Assembly: GCA_963721525.1 (NCBI GenBank)
Contig: CAVRJL010000006.1
Coordinates: 13,127 to 77,126 of the forward strand
Length of the DNA stretch: 64,000 nucleotides
DNA from: an uncultured Negativicutes bacterium
Lineage (GTDB): Bacteria; Bacillota; Negativicutes; JBAXTZ01
Direction: 5' to 3'
Shown here: positions 1 to 8,372 of the stretch, in pieces
How the letters are laid out: each line of letters opens with the position of its first letter
Numbering within the stretch: the stretch's first letter is position 1
Program-made: the position numbers and the translations under genes
The notes under the pieces: model-generated
What the model saw: the letters and a program-made list of their open reading frames with translations, nothing else
The model's database searches: none
What the model was told of the DNA's origin: nothing

Positions 1-735
1 TCCGCTGGCATAATAACTTAATGGTGTTTCATTATGAGCTATAAAGGGGCCCATTCCTGCCATTTCTACTTTTAACTCTTTTAGCAATAAAATATCATCG
101 GTTAAATCATTTAAAGAAGTATAGGGTAAACCTATCATCATCCCTGAACCAACTTCAAAACCTATTTCTTTAAGTATTCTTAAATGTTCTATTCTTTCTT
201 TCCAACTTGTAGAAGGCCGCAATTTTTCAAATATTTTTTTATTAGCAGTTTCATGTTTCATTAAATATCTATCTGCTCCGGCAAAGTATAATTTTTTATA
301 ATTTTCCTCGTTTAGCAATCCTAACGATAATGTTATAGCAACGTTGTCACTCTCTTTAATTTTTTTAATTAAATAACTTAACTTTTCTACATCAAAAATA
401 CTTTCTTCTCCGCTTTGCAATACAATTGTTCCATAGCCTAATTTAATACCGTATTTTGCCATACCAATAACTTCATCGTCAGTACAACGATATCTACACA
501 CCCTTTTATTGTCTCTTCTCAAACCACAATAAAAACAATTACTTTTACAATAGTTGGAGTACTCTATAATTCCTCGTAGTTTAATTTTATTATTATAAAT
601 AGATTCACATATTTGATTAGCTTCATTAAACAATAATGTTTGTTTATCGTTTTCGGCTAAAAGTAAAAGTTGTATATTTTCTTCATTTGGAATTCCTTGT
701 TTTGTTTCTGCAATAGCTTTAACAAATTTATCCAT
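1..735 (-). CDS. hydE: [FeFe]-hydrogenase maturase HydE (radical SAM), N-terminal 245 codons; the gene runs off the left edge
   Basis: My own minus-strand translation from the ATG at 735-733 gives MDKFVKAIAETKQG...IEYSNYCKSNCFYCGLRRDN, which contains a CX3CX2C radical-SAM motif. The frame stays open to position 1 (...MGPFIAHNETPLSYYASG). It lies directly upstream of hydF. Confidence 0.75.
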   Translation of the reverse strand, partial: MDKFVKAIAETKQGIPNEENIQLLLLAENDKQTLLFNEANQICESIYNNKIKLRGIIEYSNYCKSNCFYCGLRRDNKRVCRYRCTDDEVIGMAKYGIKLGYGTIVLQSGEESIFDVEKLSYLIKKIKESDNVAITLSLGLLNEENYKKLYFAGADRYLMKHETANKKIFEKLRPSTSWKERIEHLRILKEIGFEVGSGMMIGLPYTSLNDLTDDILLLKELKVEMAGMGPFIAHNETPLSYYASG

Positions 736-746
736 TTCTCCCCCCT

Positions 747-1967
747 CTAGTTGAGTCTTTTTTGTAAATTAGGCCAAGGAGACAATACTCTTTTTAAAAT
801 TCCATTTAAATAGGCAAGCGCTATTCCATAATTTACAATGGAAACATTTTTCTTATTACAAACATTAATTCTATGCAATATATCTCTTCTGTTAGTCATA
901 CATCCACCACAATGTACCACTAAATCATAATCTTGCAAATCTGCTGGAAATTCTCTACCGGTACAAAAAGAAAAATTAACTTCTCCATACTTTTGTTTTA
1001 TTAACTCGGGTATTTTTACTGAACCTATATCTCCTTCTACTCTATGATGTGTACAAGTTTCTGCAATTAAAACTTTACTACCTGTGTGCAACCTACTTAT
1101 TTTCTTTACTCCATTTATAAATGTTTCTAAATTTCCTTTATATCTAGCAAACAAAATAGAAAAAGAAGTTAAAAGGATATCTTCAGGAGTATCTTTTTCT
1201 ACTTGAGAAAAAACCTGAGAATCGGTTATTACTATTTTAGGAGATTGTTTCAAAGAATTAATACAAGTTTTCAATTGATTTTCTTTTATCACATATACTA
1301 AAGCGTTATTATCAATAATATCTCTTATGAGTTGCACTTGCGGTAATATAAGTCGATTTTTTGGAGCAGCTTTATCTATAGGTGTAACAAGAATACAAAT
1401 TTCATTATCTGAAATTAAATCTCCGATAATAGTATCATTTTTCCAATTTTTAGGGACATTTTTAATCAGCATTTTTTTCAACTCTTCAATTCCTTGTTTC
1501 TCCTTAGCGCTAACCGCAAAGACATTATAATTTTTAAACTTGCTTTTATATTCACTTATTTTTTTTTCATTATCTATATTTAAATCGCTTTTATTTAAAA
1601 CAAAAATCAAAGGAATATTCAAAGATTTACTATTCTCAACCAATTCCTTATCAAATTCCGTAAATTTACTTTCAATATCAATAACTAATAAAGCTATATC
1701 TGTTACATTTAAAATATCTATTGTTTTTTCTTTCCGTATTTTTCCTAAACTACTTTCATCATCTATTCCTGCTGTATCTATAAACATAACAGGGCCTATA
1801 GGTAAAATTTCCATGGCTTTGTATACAGGATCTGTCGTCGTTCCTGCTCTATTGGAAACAATAGCTAAATTTTGATTTACCAAAGCATTTATTAAGCTTG
1901 ATTTACCAGCATTGCAACGACCAAAAACAGCTATATGCAACCGATCCCCTTTTGTTGTAAAAAACAT
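747..1967 (-). CDS. hydF: [FeFe]-hydrogenase maturation GTPase HydF
   Basis: The N-terminal GTPase motifs are GRCNAGKSS, DTAGIDD and NKSD. The C-terminal cluster motif is ETCTHH...VHCGGC, typical of HydF. Confidence 0.9.
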   Translation of the reverse strand: MFFTTKGDRLHIAVFGRCNAGKSSLINALVNQNLAIVSNRAGTTTDPVYKAMEILPIGPVMFIDTAGIDDESSLGKIRKEKTIDILNVTDIALLVIDIESKFTEFDKELVENSKSLNIPLIFVLNKSDLNIDNEKKISEYKSKFKNYNVFAVSAKEKQGIEELKKMLIKNVPKNWKNDTIIGDLISDNEICILVTPIDKAAPKNRLILPQVQLIRDIIDNNALVYVIKENQLKTCINSLKQSPKIVITDSQVFSQVEKDTPEDILLTSFSILFARYKGNLETFINGVKKISRLHTGSKVLIAETCTHHRVEGDIGSVKIPELIKQKYGEVNFSFCTGREFPADLQDYDLVVHCGGCMTNRRDILHRINVCNKKNVSIVNYGIALAYLNGILKRVLSPWPNLQKRLN

Positions 1968-2136
1968 GCTTACCTCGATTATAAAAATTTATATTAAAAT
2001 TTCAAGAAAAATTAGAAAAAACTAAACGAGCAATTCAAAAGCATAAATTAAAAATTCTATGAAAAAATAACTATTATATCTCTCCTAAGCATAAAAGTTT
2101 AATTATAATAAAAAATTTCATCTATTAGTTTATATA

Positions 2137-3474
2137 CTAACTTATTCTTTCTTTATGTTCTCTTATTATTAATTTAATTGGAGTTCCATCAAAACTAAAA
2201 GCTTCTCTAAGCTTATTTTCTAAATAACGTAAATAAGAAAAATGCATTATTGAAGGTGAATTGACAAAAACTATAAATGTCGGCGGTTGTATTGACGCTT
2301 GTGTTGCATAGAAAATTTTTAATCTTCGCCCTTTATCATTTGGCGGCGGATAAAGGGCTTGAGCTTCTACGAATATCTGATTTAAAATACTTGTTTGTAT
2401 ACGCATACTATGTTGTTGAGAAACATATTTGGCTAATTCTAATACTTTTGATATTCTTTTTTTGGTAAAAGCAGATAAAAATACTATAGGTGCGTATTTC
2501 ATAAAAACCAATTTATTATATATTTCTTTTTGAAAAGTGGGTATAGTTTGATTATTTTTTTTTATTAAATCCCATTTATTTACTCCTATTATGCAACCTC
2601 TACCATTTTCGTGAACATACCCAGCAATTTTTTTATCTTGCTCTGTTAATCTATCTATAGCGTCAATTAAAATTACAACAATATCAGCACGCTCTATTGC
2701 TTTTAAACTCCTCATAATACTGTATCGTTCTATAGAAAAATCTATTTTAGACTTTCTACGCATTCCTGCGGTATCGATTAACAAATATTTCTGCCCATCC
2801 TTTTCTAAATAACTATCAATAGCATCTCTAGTAGTTCCAGGTGTACTACTTACTATTGCTCTTTGTGTTCCCAATAAAGAATTTAATAATGAAGATTTAC
2901 CAACATTAGGACGTCCTACTAAAGCTAACTTTATTATGTCTTCACTTTCCTTTTCCTTAATTTTTATGTTTGGAATACTATTTATTATTTTATCAAGTAA
3001 ATCTCCTAAATTTCTAGCATTTGTCGCAGAAATTCCTATGGGATATCCCAATCCAAGTTTATAAAATTCAAAAACTTCGTTATCTTGTTTTAAGCTATCT
3101 ATTTTATTTACACATAATATTATAGGTTTACTATTTTTGCAATTTGATCTTAAAATTTTAGCAATTTCTTTATCATCTAAAGTAATTCCAAATTTGCCAT
3201 CTACCATAAACAAAATAACTGCAGCTTCCTTAACTGCAAACATTGCTTGAGTATGCATCTGAGAAGTTACTGTATCTTTTGTTTTAAATTGTATTCCAGC
3301 TGTGTCTATCATTGTAAACTCTGTTCCACGCCATTCTCCGTCCATATACAAGCGATCTCTTGTTAATCCAGGAATAGTATCTACTATTGATAATCTTCGT
3401 TTACCAATGTAATTAAACAATGTTGATTTTCCTACATTAGGATGCCCTATAATAGCAACTATTGGTTTTACCAT
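2137..3474 (-). CDS. der: Ribosome-associated GTPase Der/EngA
   Basis: It has two tandem GTPase domains (GHPNVGKST..DTAG..NKID and GRPNVGKSS..DTAG..NKWD) plus a KH-like C-terminus. Confidence 0.95.
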   Translation of the reverse strand: MVKPIVAIIGHPNVGKSTLFNYIGKRRLSIVDTIPGLTRDRLYMDGEWRGTEFTMIDTAGIQFKTKDTVTSQMHTQAMFAVKEAAVILFMVDGKFGITLDDKEIAKILRSNCKNSKPIILCVNKIDSLKQDNEVFEFYKLGLGYPIGISATNARNLGDLLDKIINSIPNIKIKEKESEDIIKLALVGRPNVGKSSLLNSLLGTQRAIVSSTPGTTRDAIDSYLEKDGQKYLLIDTAGMRRKSKIDFSIERYSIMRSLKAIERADIVVILIDAIDRLTEQDKKIAGYVHENGRGCIIGVNKWDLIKKNNQTIPTFQKEIYNKLVFMKYAPIVFLSAFTKKRISKVLELAKYVSQQHSMRIQTSILNQIFVEAQALYPPPNDKGRRLKIFYATQASIQPPTFIVFVNSPSIMHFSYLRYLENKLREAFSFDGTPIKLIIREHKERIS

Positions 3475-3496
3475 TTGTTCTCCTTGATATTTTTAC

Positions 3497-4813
3497 TTAT
3501 TTTCTCTTCCAAAAATATAACATTTTCTTTAACTGTGCGCCTCCGCATGCTACTTCAACAGTTACTTTAGTTTCATAAGCCAAGTCCTTTATCGTTATAT
3601 TATCTAAAAATATATCCTCATCTCCTTTAACCGCTACAGATGGTATTATTATACCATCTGCAGATTGTTCTATTTTTTTTAATGTTTTTATAATATCTTG
3701 CCCTGTAAGCAGCCCATTTACTGTTATTGTTTTACCAAAAAATTCATTTTCTACTATTACAAGTCTTATATACAAATTTGCTATTTTTATCTTGCTAAGT
3801 AAAATTTTTAGTATTGGCTCTGCCAATTTGCCACAAATAACATCTATTAGTAAAGGAGATTTATACTTTTGTCGAAAAAATTTTGCCTCATTCCATTGTT
3901 CAATGAATAGACGAGATATTCCTATACCATTTTCTAATTGTAAATATTCATTATAATATCTTTTTGGAGGTAATTTGTATTTTGCCTGTAGAAAAAATTC
4001 ATCTGCTAAATAAATAAAAAATTTTTCTTTCTCCATTTTTATTTTTTTTTGCCAACATTCTATTTGTTTTATTGTTTCTTGAGCAATTTTACTTGTTACG
4101 TTCTCAATCTTTACTAATTTTTCTCTATATTTTGTCATCCCTACAGGTACTATAGCTAATGATAAAACACTTTTTCTTATTTGATATAAATCAAATATAG
4201 TTTTATCTAAACACTGCTTATCATTCCAATTAGGACATAAAACTAACTGTAAATGAAATTTAATTTTATTCTTTGCTAATTTTTTTAAACTTTCCAGTAT
4301 GTTTATTTTTCTTTTGCTTCTAACCATTTTTTTATATAAAATAGTATCTGTAGTATGAACTGAAATATATAATGGAGATATATTATATTGATAAATACGC
4401 TTAAAATCTCTTTGTGTAATATTAGTTAAAGTAATAAAGCTACTATTTATGAAAGACATACGATAATCATCATCTTTTACATATAGAGTTTGTCTCATAT
4501 TTAATGGCAATTGCTCAACAAAACAAAATATACAATTATTGATACATCTTTTTATGTTATCAAAAACGGCGCTTTCTAATTCTACACCAAGCAAAGTATC
4601 ATATTCTTTTTCAAACCTAATTATTTTTCTTTTATTATTTTTTTTTTTAATTTCTATTTCTACTAGTTCATCACAAAAAGTATAGTTAAATTCTATTAAA
4701 TCATTACTTTTCTTACTATTAATCCCTATTATTTCATCACCAGGTTCTAATCCGTATTTTTGAGCTAGTGAGTCTGGGAACACTTTTGCAATTTTTGCAC
4801 CTATTTTATTCAT
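3497..4813 (-). CDS. DUF512 protein (N-terminal PDZ-like domain plus radical-SAM-like core)
   Basis: The N-terminus is PDZ-like (GLEPGDEIIGIN) and there is a CIFCF cysteine box. The position immediately upstream of der is the usual Firmicutes arrangement. Confidence 0.8.
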   Translation of the reverse strand: MNKIGAKIAKVFPDSLAQKYGLEPGDEIIGINSKKSNDLIEFNYTFCDELVEIEIKKKNNKRKIIRFEKEYDTLLGVELESAVFDNIKRCINNCIFCFVEQLPLNMRQTLYVKDDDYRMSFINSSFITLTNITQRDFKRIYQYNISPLYISVHTTDTILYKKMVRSKRKINILESLKKLAKNKIKFHLQLVLCPNWNDKQCLDKTIFDLYQIRKSVLSLAIVPVGMTKYREKLVKIENVTSKIAQETIKQIECWQKKIKMEKEKFFIYLADEFFLQAKYKLPPKRYYNEYLQLENGIGISRLFIEQWNEAKFFRQKYKSPLLIDVICGKLAEPILKILLSKIKIANLYIRLVIVENEFFGKTITVNGLLTGQDIIKTLKKIEQSADGIIIPSVAVKGDEDIFLDNITIKDLAYETKVTVEVACGGAQLKKMLYFWKRK

Positions 4814-4840
4814 TTATTAATCTCCATTTAAAATAGTTTC

Positions 4841-4884
4841 AGCAAATAAAAACGGCTTGTCTACATTACAATAAACAAGCCGTT
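4841..4884 (-). terminator. Intrinsic terminator after the 96-aa gene
   Basis: On the minus strand it reads AACGGCUUGU-loop-ACAAGCCGUU followed by UUUUAUUU. The arms are at 4851-4860 and 4875-4884. Confidence 0.75.
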
Positions 4885-4901
4885 CAACTTTAACAGTTAT
4901 A

Positions 4902-5192
4902 TCAACAAAAATGTTTAATTCTATCCCTTTCTTCGCTTCTTTTGGCCAAATTAAAATTTTCTATTTCAGATAAATAACCTGTAATTCGTCTAAGCCTTTT
5001 AATATTTGGTATTGGTTTGGACACTACTTCTGCTTCTTCATCATTTTTCTTAATTATTTCTATAGAAATAATTTTTTGATTACGTTCTTTTTTCATTTTC
5101 TCAGTTTCAATAGTTAATAATTGTTTCAAATAATCCATTTTTAATGCAACGTCACTTCTTATATTAACTCCATTAATTACATATTCAAACAT
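4902..5192 (-). CDS. Small protein with an NrdD-like glycyl-radical C-terminal motif
   Basis: The C-terminus reads RLRRITGYLSEIENFNLAKRSEERDRIKHF. This fits the R-[IV]-[CT]-G-Y-L...[FW]-N-x-x-K..E...R.KH pattern at the extreme C-terminus of class III ribonucleotide reductases. The gene has its own terminator. Confidence 0.5.
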   Translation of the reverse strand: MFEYVINGVNIRSDVALKMDYLKQLLTIETEKMKKERNQKIISIEIIKKNDEEAEVVSKPIPNIKRLRRITGYLSEIENFNLAKRSEERDRIKHFC

Positions 5193-5262
5193 TTTATTTA
5201 CCTCTTTAATTAATATACATAAATACTATATATTGGTGTATGGTATCATATACTTTATTAAT

Positions 5263-6072
5263 TTACAAGTTTATAGATCTTATTTTTAAGTAAATATTGC
5301 TTAAAAAAAATATAAATACAGACACTAATACTATAGTAGCTCCTGGAGCAAATCCGTAAAAAAAAGATACGCTTAATCCTATTAATACAGATATTATGGC
5401 ACTTAATTCACTTAGCATAATCGTTTGAATAAATCCTTTTTTATATTGCAAACTAGTAACCGTAGGTAAAATCAATAAAGCTCCTATAAGTAAGACTCCA
5501 ATACTCATTATTCCAATCACGACTGTCAACGCCACTATTATGTTAAAAACTAAACCTAATTTTTTCGTTTCTATTCCTGATACATATGCAGAATCCTCAT
5601 CAAAAGTTGCTAACAAAATTTTTTTAAAATTATAACTCATATATATTATTATAAATAAAAAAAATGAAAATATAAGTATTAAATCAGAGTTCGAAATTGT
5701 AATTACATTACCAAATAAATAACTTAACATATTAGAATTAGAAATTTTTGCTAAATTCGAAAAAAAAACACCTAAAGCCATGCCTGTATAAAATATTATT
5801 GCCAAAGCTACATCGGCATAATTTAAAAATTTCCTACGTAAATATTCTATTAAAATTGCTCCTAGGATAATTAATATTATTGCGGATAGCAAAGGAAAAA
5901 AGTTAACATAATAACCGATCATAATTCCAGCAAAAGCTAAATGACCTATTCCATCACCAATTAAAGCTTGACGTCTTGTTACAACAAATATCCCTATTAT
6001 AGGGCATATTATTGCTGTCAATAAACTTGCCGTTAAAGCTTTCCAAATAAAATGATATTGTAATATCTCCAT
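5263..6072 (-). CDS. Metal (Zn/Mn-type) ABC transporter permease, ABC-3 family
   Basis: The protein is polytopic with a ZnuB/MntB-like N-terminus (ICPIIGIFVVTRRQALIGDGIGHLAFAG). It is adjacent to a cognate ATPase. Confidence 0.85.
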   Translation of the reverse strand: MEILQYHFIWKALTASLLTAIICPIIGIFVVTRRQALIGDGIGHLAFAGIMIGYYVNFFPLLSAIILIILGAILIEYLRRKFLNYADVALAIIFYTGMALGVFFSNLAKISNSNMLSYLFGNVITISNSDLILIFSFFLFIIIYMSYNFKKILLATFDEDSAYVSGIETKKLGLVFNIIVALTVVIGIMSIGVLLIGALLILPTVTSLQYKKGFIQTIMLSELSAIISVLIGLSVSFFYGFAPGATIVLVSVFIFFLSNIYLKIRSINL

Positions 6073-6090
6073 TTTTTCCTCTGTTTTAAA

Positions 6091-6777
6091 CTATAGTATT
6101 ATTTTAAGATTATTTTTTATTTCATCGTATGTATTATAAAAAAATATATTTTTATTTAAATAAATAATTTTTTTGGTAAACTTAAAAATATTTTCCATAT
6201 CATGACTAACCATCAATATATTTATATGCATAACTTCTTTCAATTGTATCAGCAGCTTAAATATTTTTAAGCGAGCATCAATATCAACTCCACTTATAGG
6301 CTCATCTAAAAGTAATAAACGAGGATTCCCAGCTAAAGCTTTAGCCACCATTAACCTTTGTTGCAATCCTCCACTTAATTCATCCACACGTAAATTCATA
6401 TATTCAATTAATCCTGTCATTTCAAGCATATGCTGAACTATATGCTTACGCTTATTAAAATCTAATCTCCACGCTCCTAATTCAACAATTTCTCTGGCTA
6501 TTAAAGGAAACCCTTTTATATTATCTATGTAATTTTGAGGTACATAAGCAACTATACCTGCTTCTATTGCTTCTTCTACTGAAAGATTGAATAATTTTAT
6601 TTCTCCATCTAAAGGTTTTATTAAACCACAAAGTAATTTTAAAAAAGTAGTTTTACCAGCTCCATTAGGCCCAATTATTGCTGTAAATTCTCCTGTAGAG
6701 ATTTTTAAATTTATATTTTTTAGTAATAAGTGTCCATTATAGCTAAAACTTACATTATTCACTTTAATTATGTTCAT
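6091..6777 (-). CDS. Metal ABC transporter ATP-binding protein
   Basis: It has Walker A GPNGAGKTT, signature LSGGLQQR and Walker B LLLLDEP. I place the start at the internal ATG at 6777 (MNIIKV), which is preceded by GGGAG. Confidence 0.85.
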   Translation of the reverse strand: MNIIKVNNVSFSYNGHLLLKNINLKISTGEFTAIIGPNGAGKTTFLKLLCGLIKPLDGEIKLFNLSVEEAIEAGIVAYVPQNYIDNIKGFPLIAREIVELGAWRLDFNKRKHIVQHMLEMTGLIEYMNLRVDELSGGLQQRLMVAKALAGNPRLLLLDEPISGVDIDARLKIFKLLIQLKEVMHINILMVSHDMENIFKFTKKIIYLNKNIFFYNTYDEIKNNLKIIL

Positions 6778-6833
6778 TTTTGCTCCCACACTTAAATGAA
6801 TCCCCCTTTAGAAAATCAATGATTCACCTGTTA

Positions 6834-6866
6834 TATCAAAAAAAAAGAGGGTTCTTCACCCTCTTC
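6834..6866 (-). terminator. Intrinsic terminator after the NlpC/P60 gene
   Basis: On the minus strand it reads AAGAGGGU-GAAGA-ACCCUCUU followed by a run of U. Confidence 0.8.
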
Positions 6867-6881
6867 TAAAATACTTCTATT

Positions 6882-7934
6882 TTATATTATTCTACGAGCA
6901 CCTATATACCGTTGAATATAATAACTATTGGATAAAGAATCTATTTTTACTCCTGCTGAATAAGAAGCATGAATAAATTTTCCGTATCCCGTATATATAC
7001 CTACATGCGAAGGCCCTTCAACATAAGTAGTAAAAAAGACTAAATCACCTGGTTCTAATGAAGACTTTTTTATTTTTCTACCTACTAAAAATTGACTATC
7101 AACTGTTCTTGGTAAGTGAAATCCTGCCTTGCCATAAACATATTTAACGAAACCCGAACAATCAAACCCTCTTGGAGACAATCCTCCACGCCAATAAGGT
7201 ACTCCCGTATACCTATACGCAATTGAACACAAACCAAAAGATTTAGAAGAGTGCAAATTATTAACTGTTAAAGGAACAGGACTCTTACCGTGCAACTTTA
7301 ATTGACATAAACTAGAAGATGTGAAAGAGTTCAAATTAGTTTTTAGCGAATGATGTTTTTGAGGTACAATATAATCGATCCCTTTAAAAGGATCCAACAT
7401 CTCATCGATCGGACTACGAACCTTGCCATGTGATATTATATTTGGGTTCGGCGGTCTTTTCCTTTTTATAATAAGACAATAAGGAACAGGCTCATAAGGA
7501 ACAGGACTCTTACCGTGCAACTTTAATTGACATAAACTAGAAGATGTGAAAGAGTTCAAATTAGTTTTTAGCGAATGATGTTTTTGAGGTACAATATAAT
7601 CGATCCCTTTAAAAGGATCCAACATCTCATCGATCGGACTACGAACCTTGCCATGTGATATTATATTTGGGTTCGGCGGTCTTTTCCTTTTTATAATAAG
7701 ACAATAAGGAACAGGCTCATAAGGAACAGGACTCTTACCGTGCAACTTTAATTGACATAAACTGAAAGATGTGAAAGAGTTCAAATTATTAACTGTTATT
7801 GGTAAATTTAAGTTGCATGACACTAACCCTCCAATTTTAAGATTAGAACTTAATGTTTGCGCATAGATTTCAGTTTTAATACAAATAAAACTGAAAAACA
7901 GTAAACTTAAAACTAATAAACGATTTTTTTTCAA
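6882..7934 (-). CDS. Secreted NlpC/P60 cell-wall hydrolase with an internal 75-aa tandem repeat region
   Basis: There is a signal peptide (MKKNRLLVLSLLFFSFICIKTEIYAQ). The C-terminal NlpC/P60 core reads GFDCSGFVKYVY...HVGIY. The start codon is TTG, 6 nt after AAGGTGG. Confidence 0.85.
   Translation of the reverse strand: MKKNRLLVLSLLFFSFICIKTEIYAQTLSSNLKIGGLVSCNLNLPITVNNLNSFTSFSLCQLKLHGKSPVPYEPVPYCLIIKRKRPPNPNIISHGKVRSPIDEMLDPFKGIDYIVPQKHHSLKTNLNSFTSSSLCQLKLHGKSPVPYEPVPYCLIIKRKRPPNPNIISHGKVRSPIDEMLDPFKGIDYIVPQKHHSLKTNLNSFTSSSLCQLKLHGKSPVPLTVNNLHSSKSFGLCSIAYRYTGVPYWRGGLSPRGFDCSGFVKYVYGKAGFHLPRTVDSQFLVGRKIKKSSLEPGDLVFFTTYVEGPSHVGIYTGYGKFIHASYSAGVKIDSLSNSYYIQRYIGARRII
7273..7790. repeat. Exact 225-bp tandem repeat inside the NlpC/P60 gene: two full copies plus a partial third
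   Basis: Copies 7273-7497 and 7498-7722 read identically base for base. A third copy starts at 7723 and diverges after about 68 nt. The period is 225 bp, equal to 75 codons. Confidence 0.95.
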
Positions 7935-7940
7935 AATTAA

Positions 7941-8078
7941 CCACCTTCGTTAGCCTCCGAGGTTAGCTGACGGGTTAGGGCGGAAGGCGCCCCGACTATT
8001 TTATAGTCTTTACCCCTATCATTAAATAAATTTAATGACATTCTTATCCCCCGTACCTTGAATAGGATTAAGCTTTCT
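7941..8078 (-). promoter_or_regulatory. Cyclic-di-AMP riboswitch (ydaO-yuaA class)
   Basis: The minus strand reads GCUUAAUCC...GGUACGGGGGA...GGGGUAAAG...GUCGGGGCGCC...CCGCCCUAACCCGUCAGCUAACCUCGGAGGCUAACGAAGGUGG. This matches the conserved ydaO blocks ACGGGG, CCCGAAyCCGUCAGCUAACCUCGUA. The 3' end contains the SD of the downstream gene. Confidence 0.8.
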
Positions 8079-8285
8079 TTATAATTTAATATTTAAACTT
8101 ATTTTACATTGTTTTTATATTAAATGCAAGAAAAATTTTAAATTAATTTTTTTAAATTTCTTTATAAAAAATACTAAAGTAATAAAACACCCATACTCAC
8201 GAAACTTTATGAAACTTATATATAAAATTGGGACAACTTATTTATTAACTTATAATTAGAACTTATTTTTTTAAACTATTTTTTT

Positions 8286-8313
8286 TGGTAAACCACGATG
8301 AATTCGAACCATC
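8286..8313 (-). other. Orphan tRNA 3' fragment (T-arm, acceptor 3' strand and CCA)
   Basis: The minus strand reads GATGG-TTCGAAT-TCATC GTGGTTT A CCA, a canonical T-loop and stem. No complementary 5' acceptor strand (AAACCAC), D-arm or anticodon arm lies upstream. Confidence 0.45.
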
Positions 8314-8372
8314 TATATTATATAGTTTAAAAAAAATTAAAGTTTATATATTATCTAGAAACTTTAATTTTA

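Noticed and set aside
1327-1875. There are antisense ORFs inside hydF (1327-1530, 1540-1875). There are many similar 60-146-aa ORFs opposite der, addB, addA, preA, dapF, metK, ynbB, the sugar porter and others.
   Set aside because: They lie fully within, and antisense to, strongly supported genes. They have low-complexity F/I/L/S-rich translations typical of AT-rich antisense frames, and they lack SD sequences.
6813-6824. The AATCA-A-TGATT palindrome upstream of the metal ABC ATPase gene could be a Zur/Fur-type operator.
   Set aside because: The half-sites are only 5 bp, far shorter than known Fur-family boxes, and such palindromes are frequent in AT-rich DNA. There is no second supporting copy in the window.
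7273-7790. The tandem repeats (here and at 24098-24229) could be a CRISPR array or a minisatellite of regulatory function.
   Set aside because: There are no spacers of unique sequence between the repeats, the unit lengths (225 and 66 bp) are wrong for CRISPR, and there are no cas genes. One repeat is in-frame coding sequence and the other is a simple duplication of a gene start.
8286-8313. The tRNA-like 3' end could be the 3' end of tmRNA.
   Set aside because: tmRNA needs a 5' GGGG... acceptor strand pairing with the 3' end, and an Ala-type G-U pair. The acceptor strand here (GTGGTTT) would need AAACCAC, which is absent. No tag-peptide reading frame or pseudoknot region is visible upstream.
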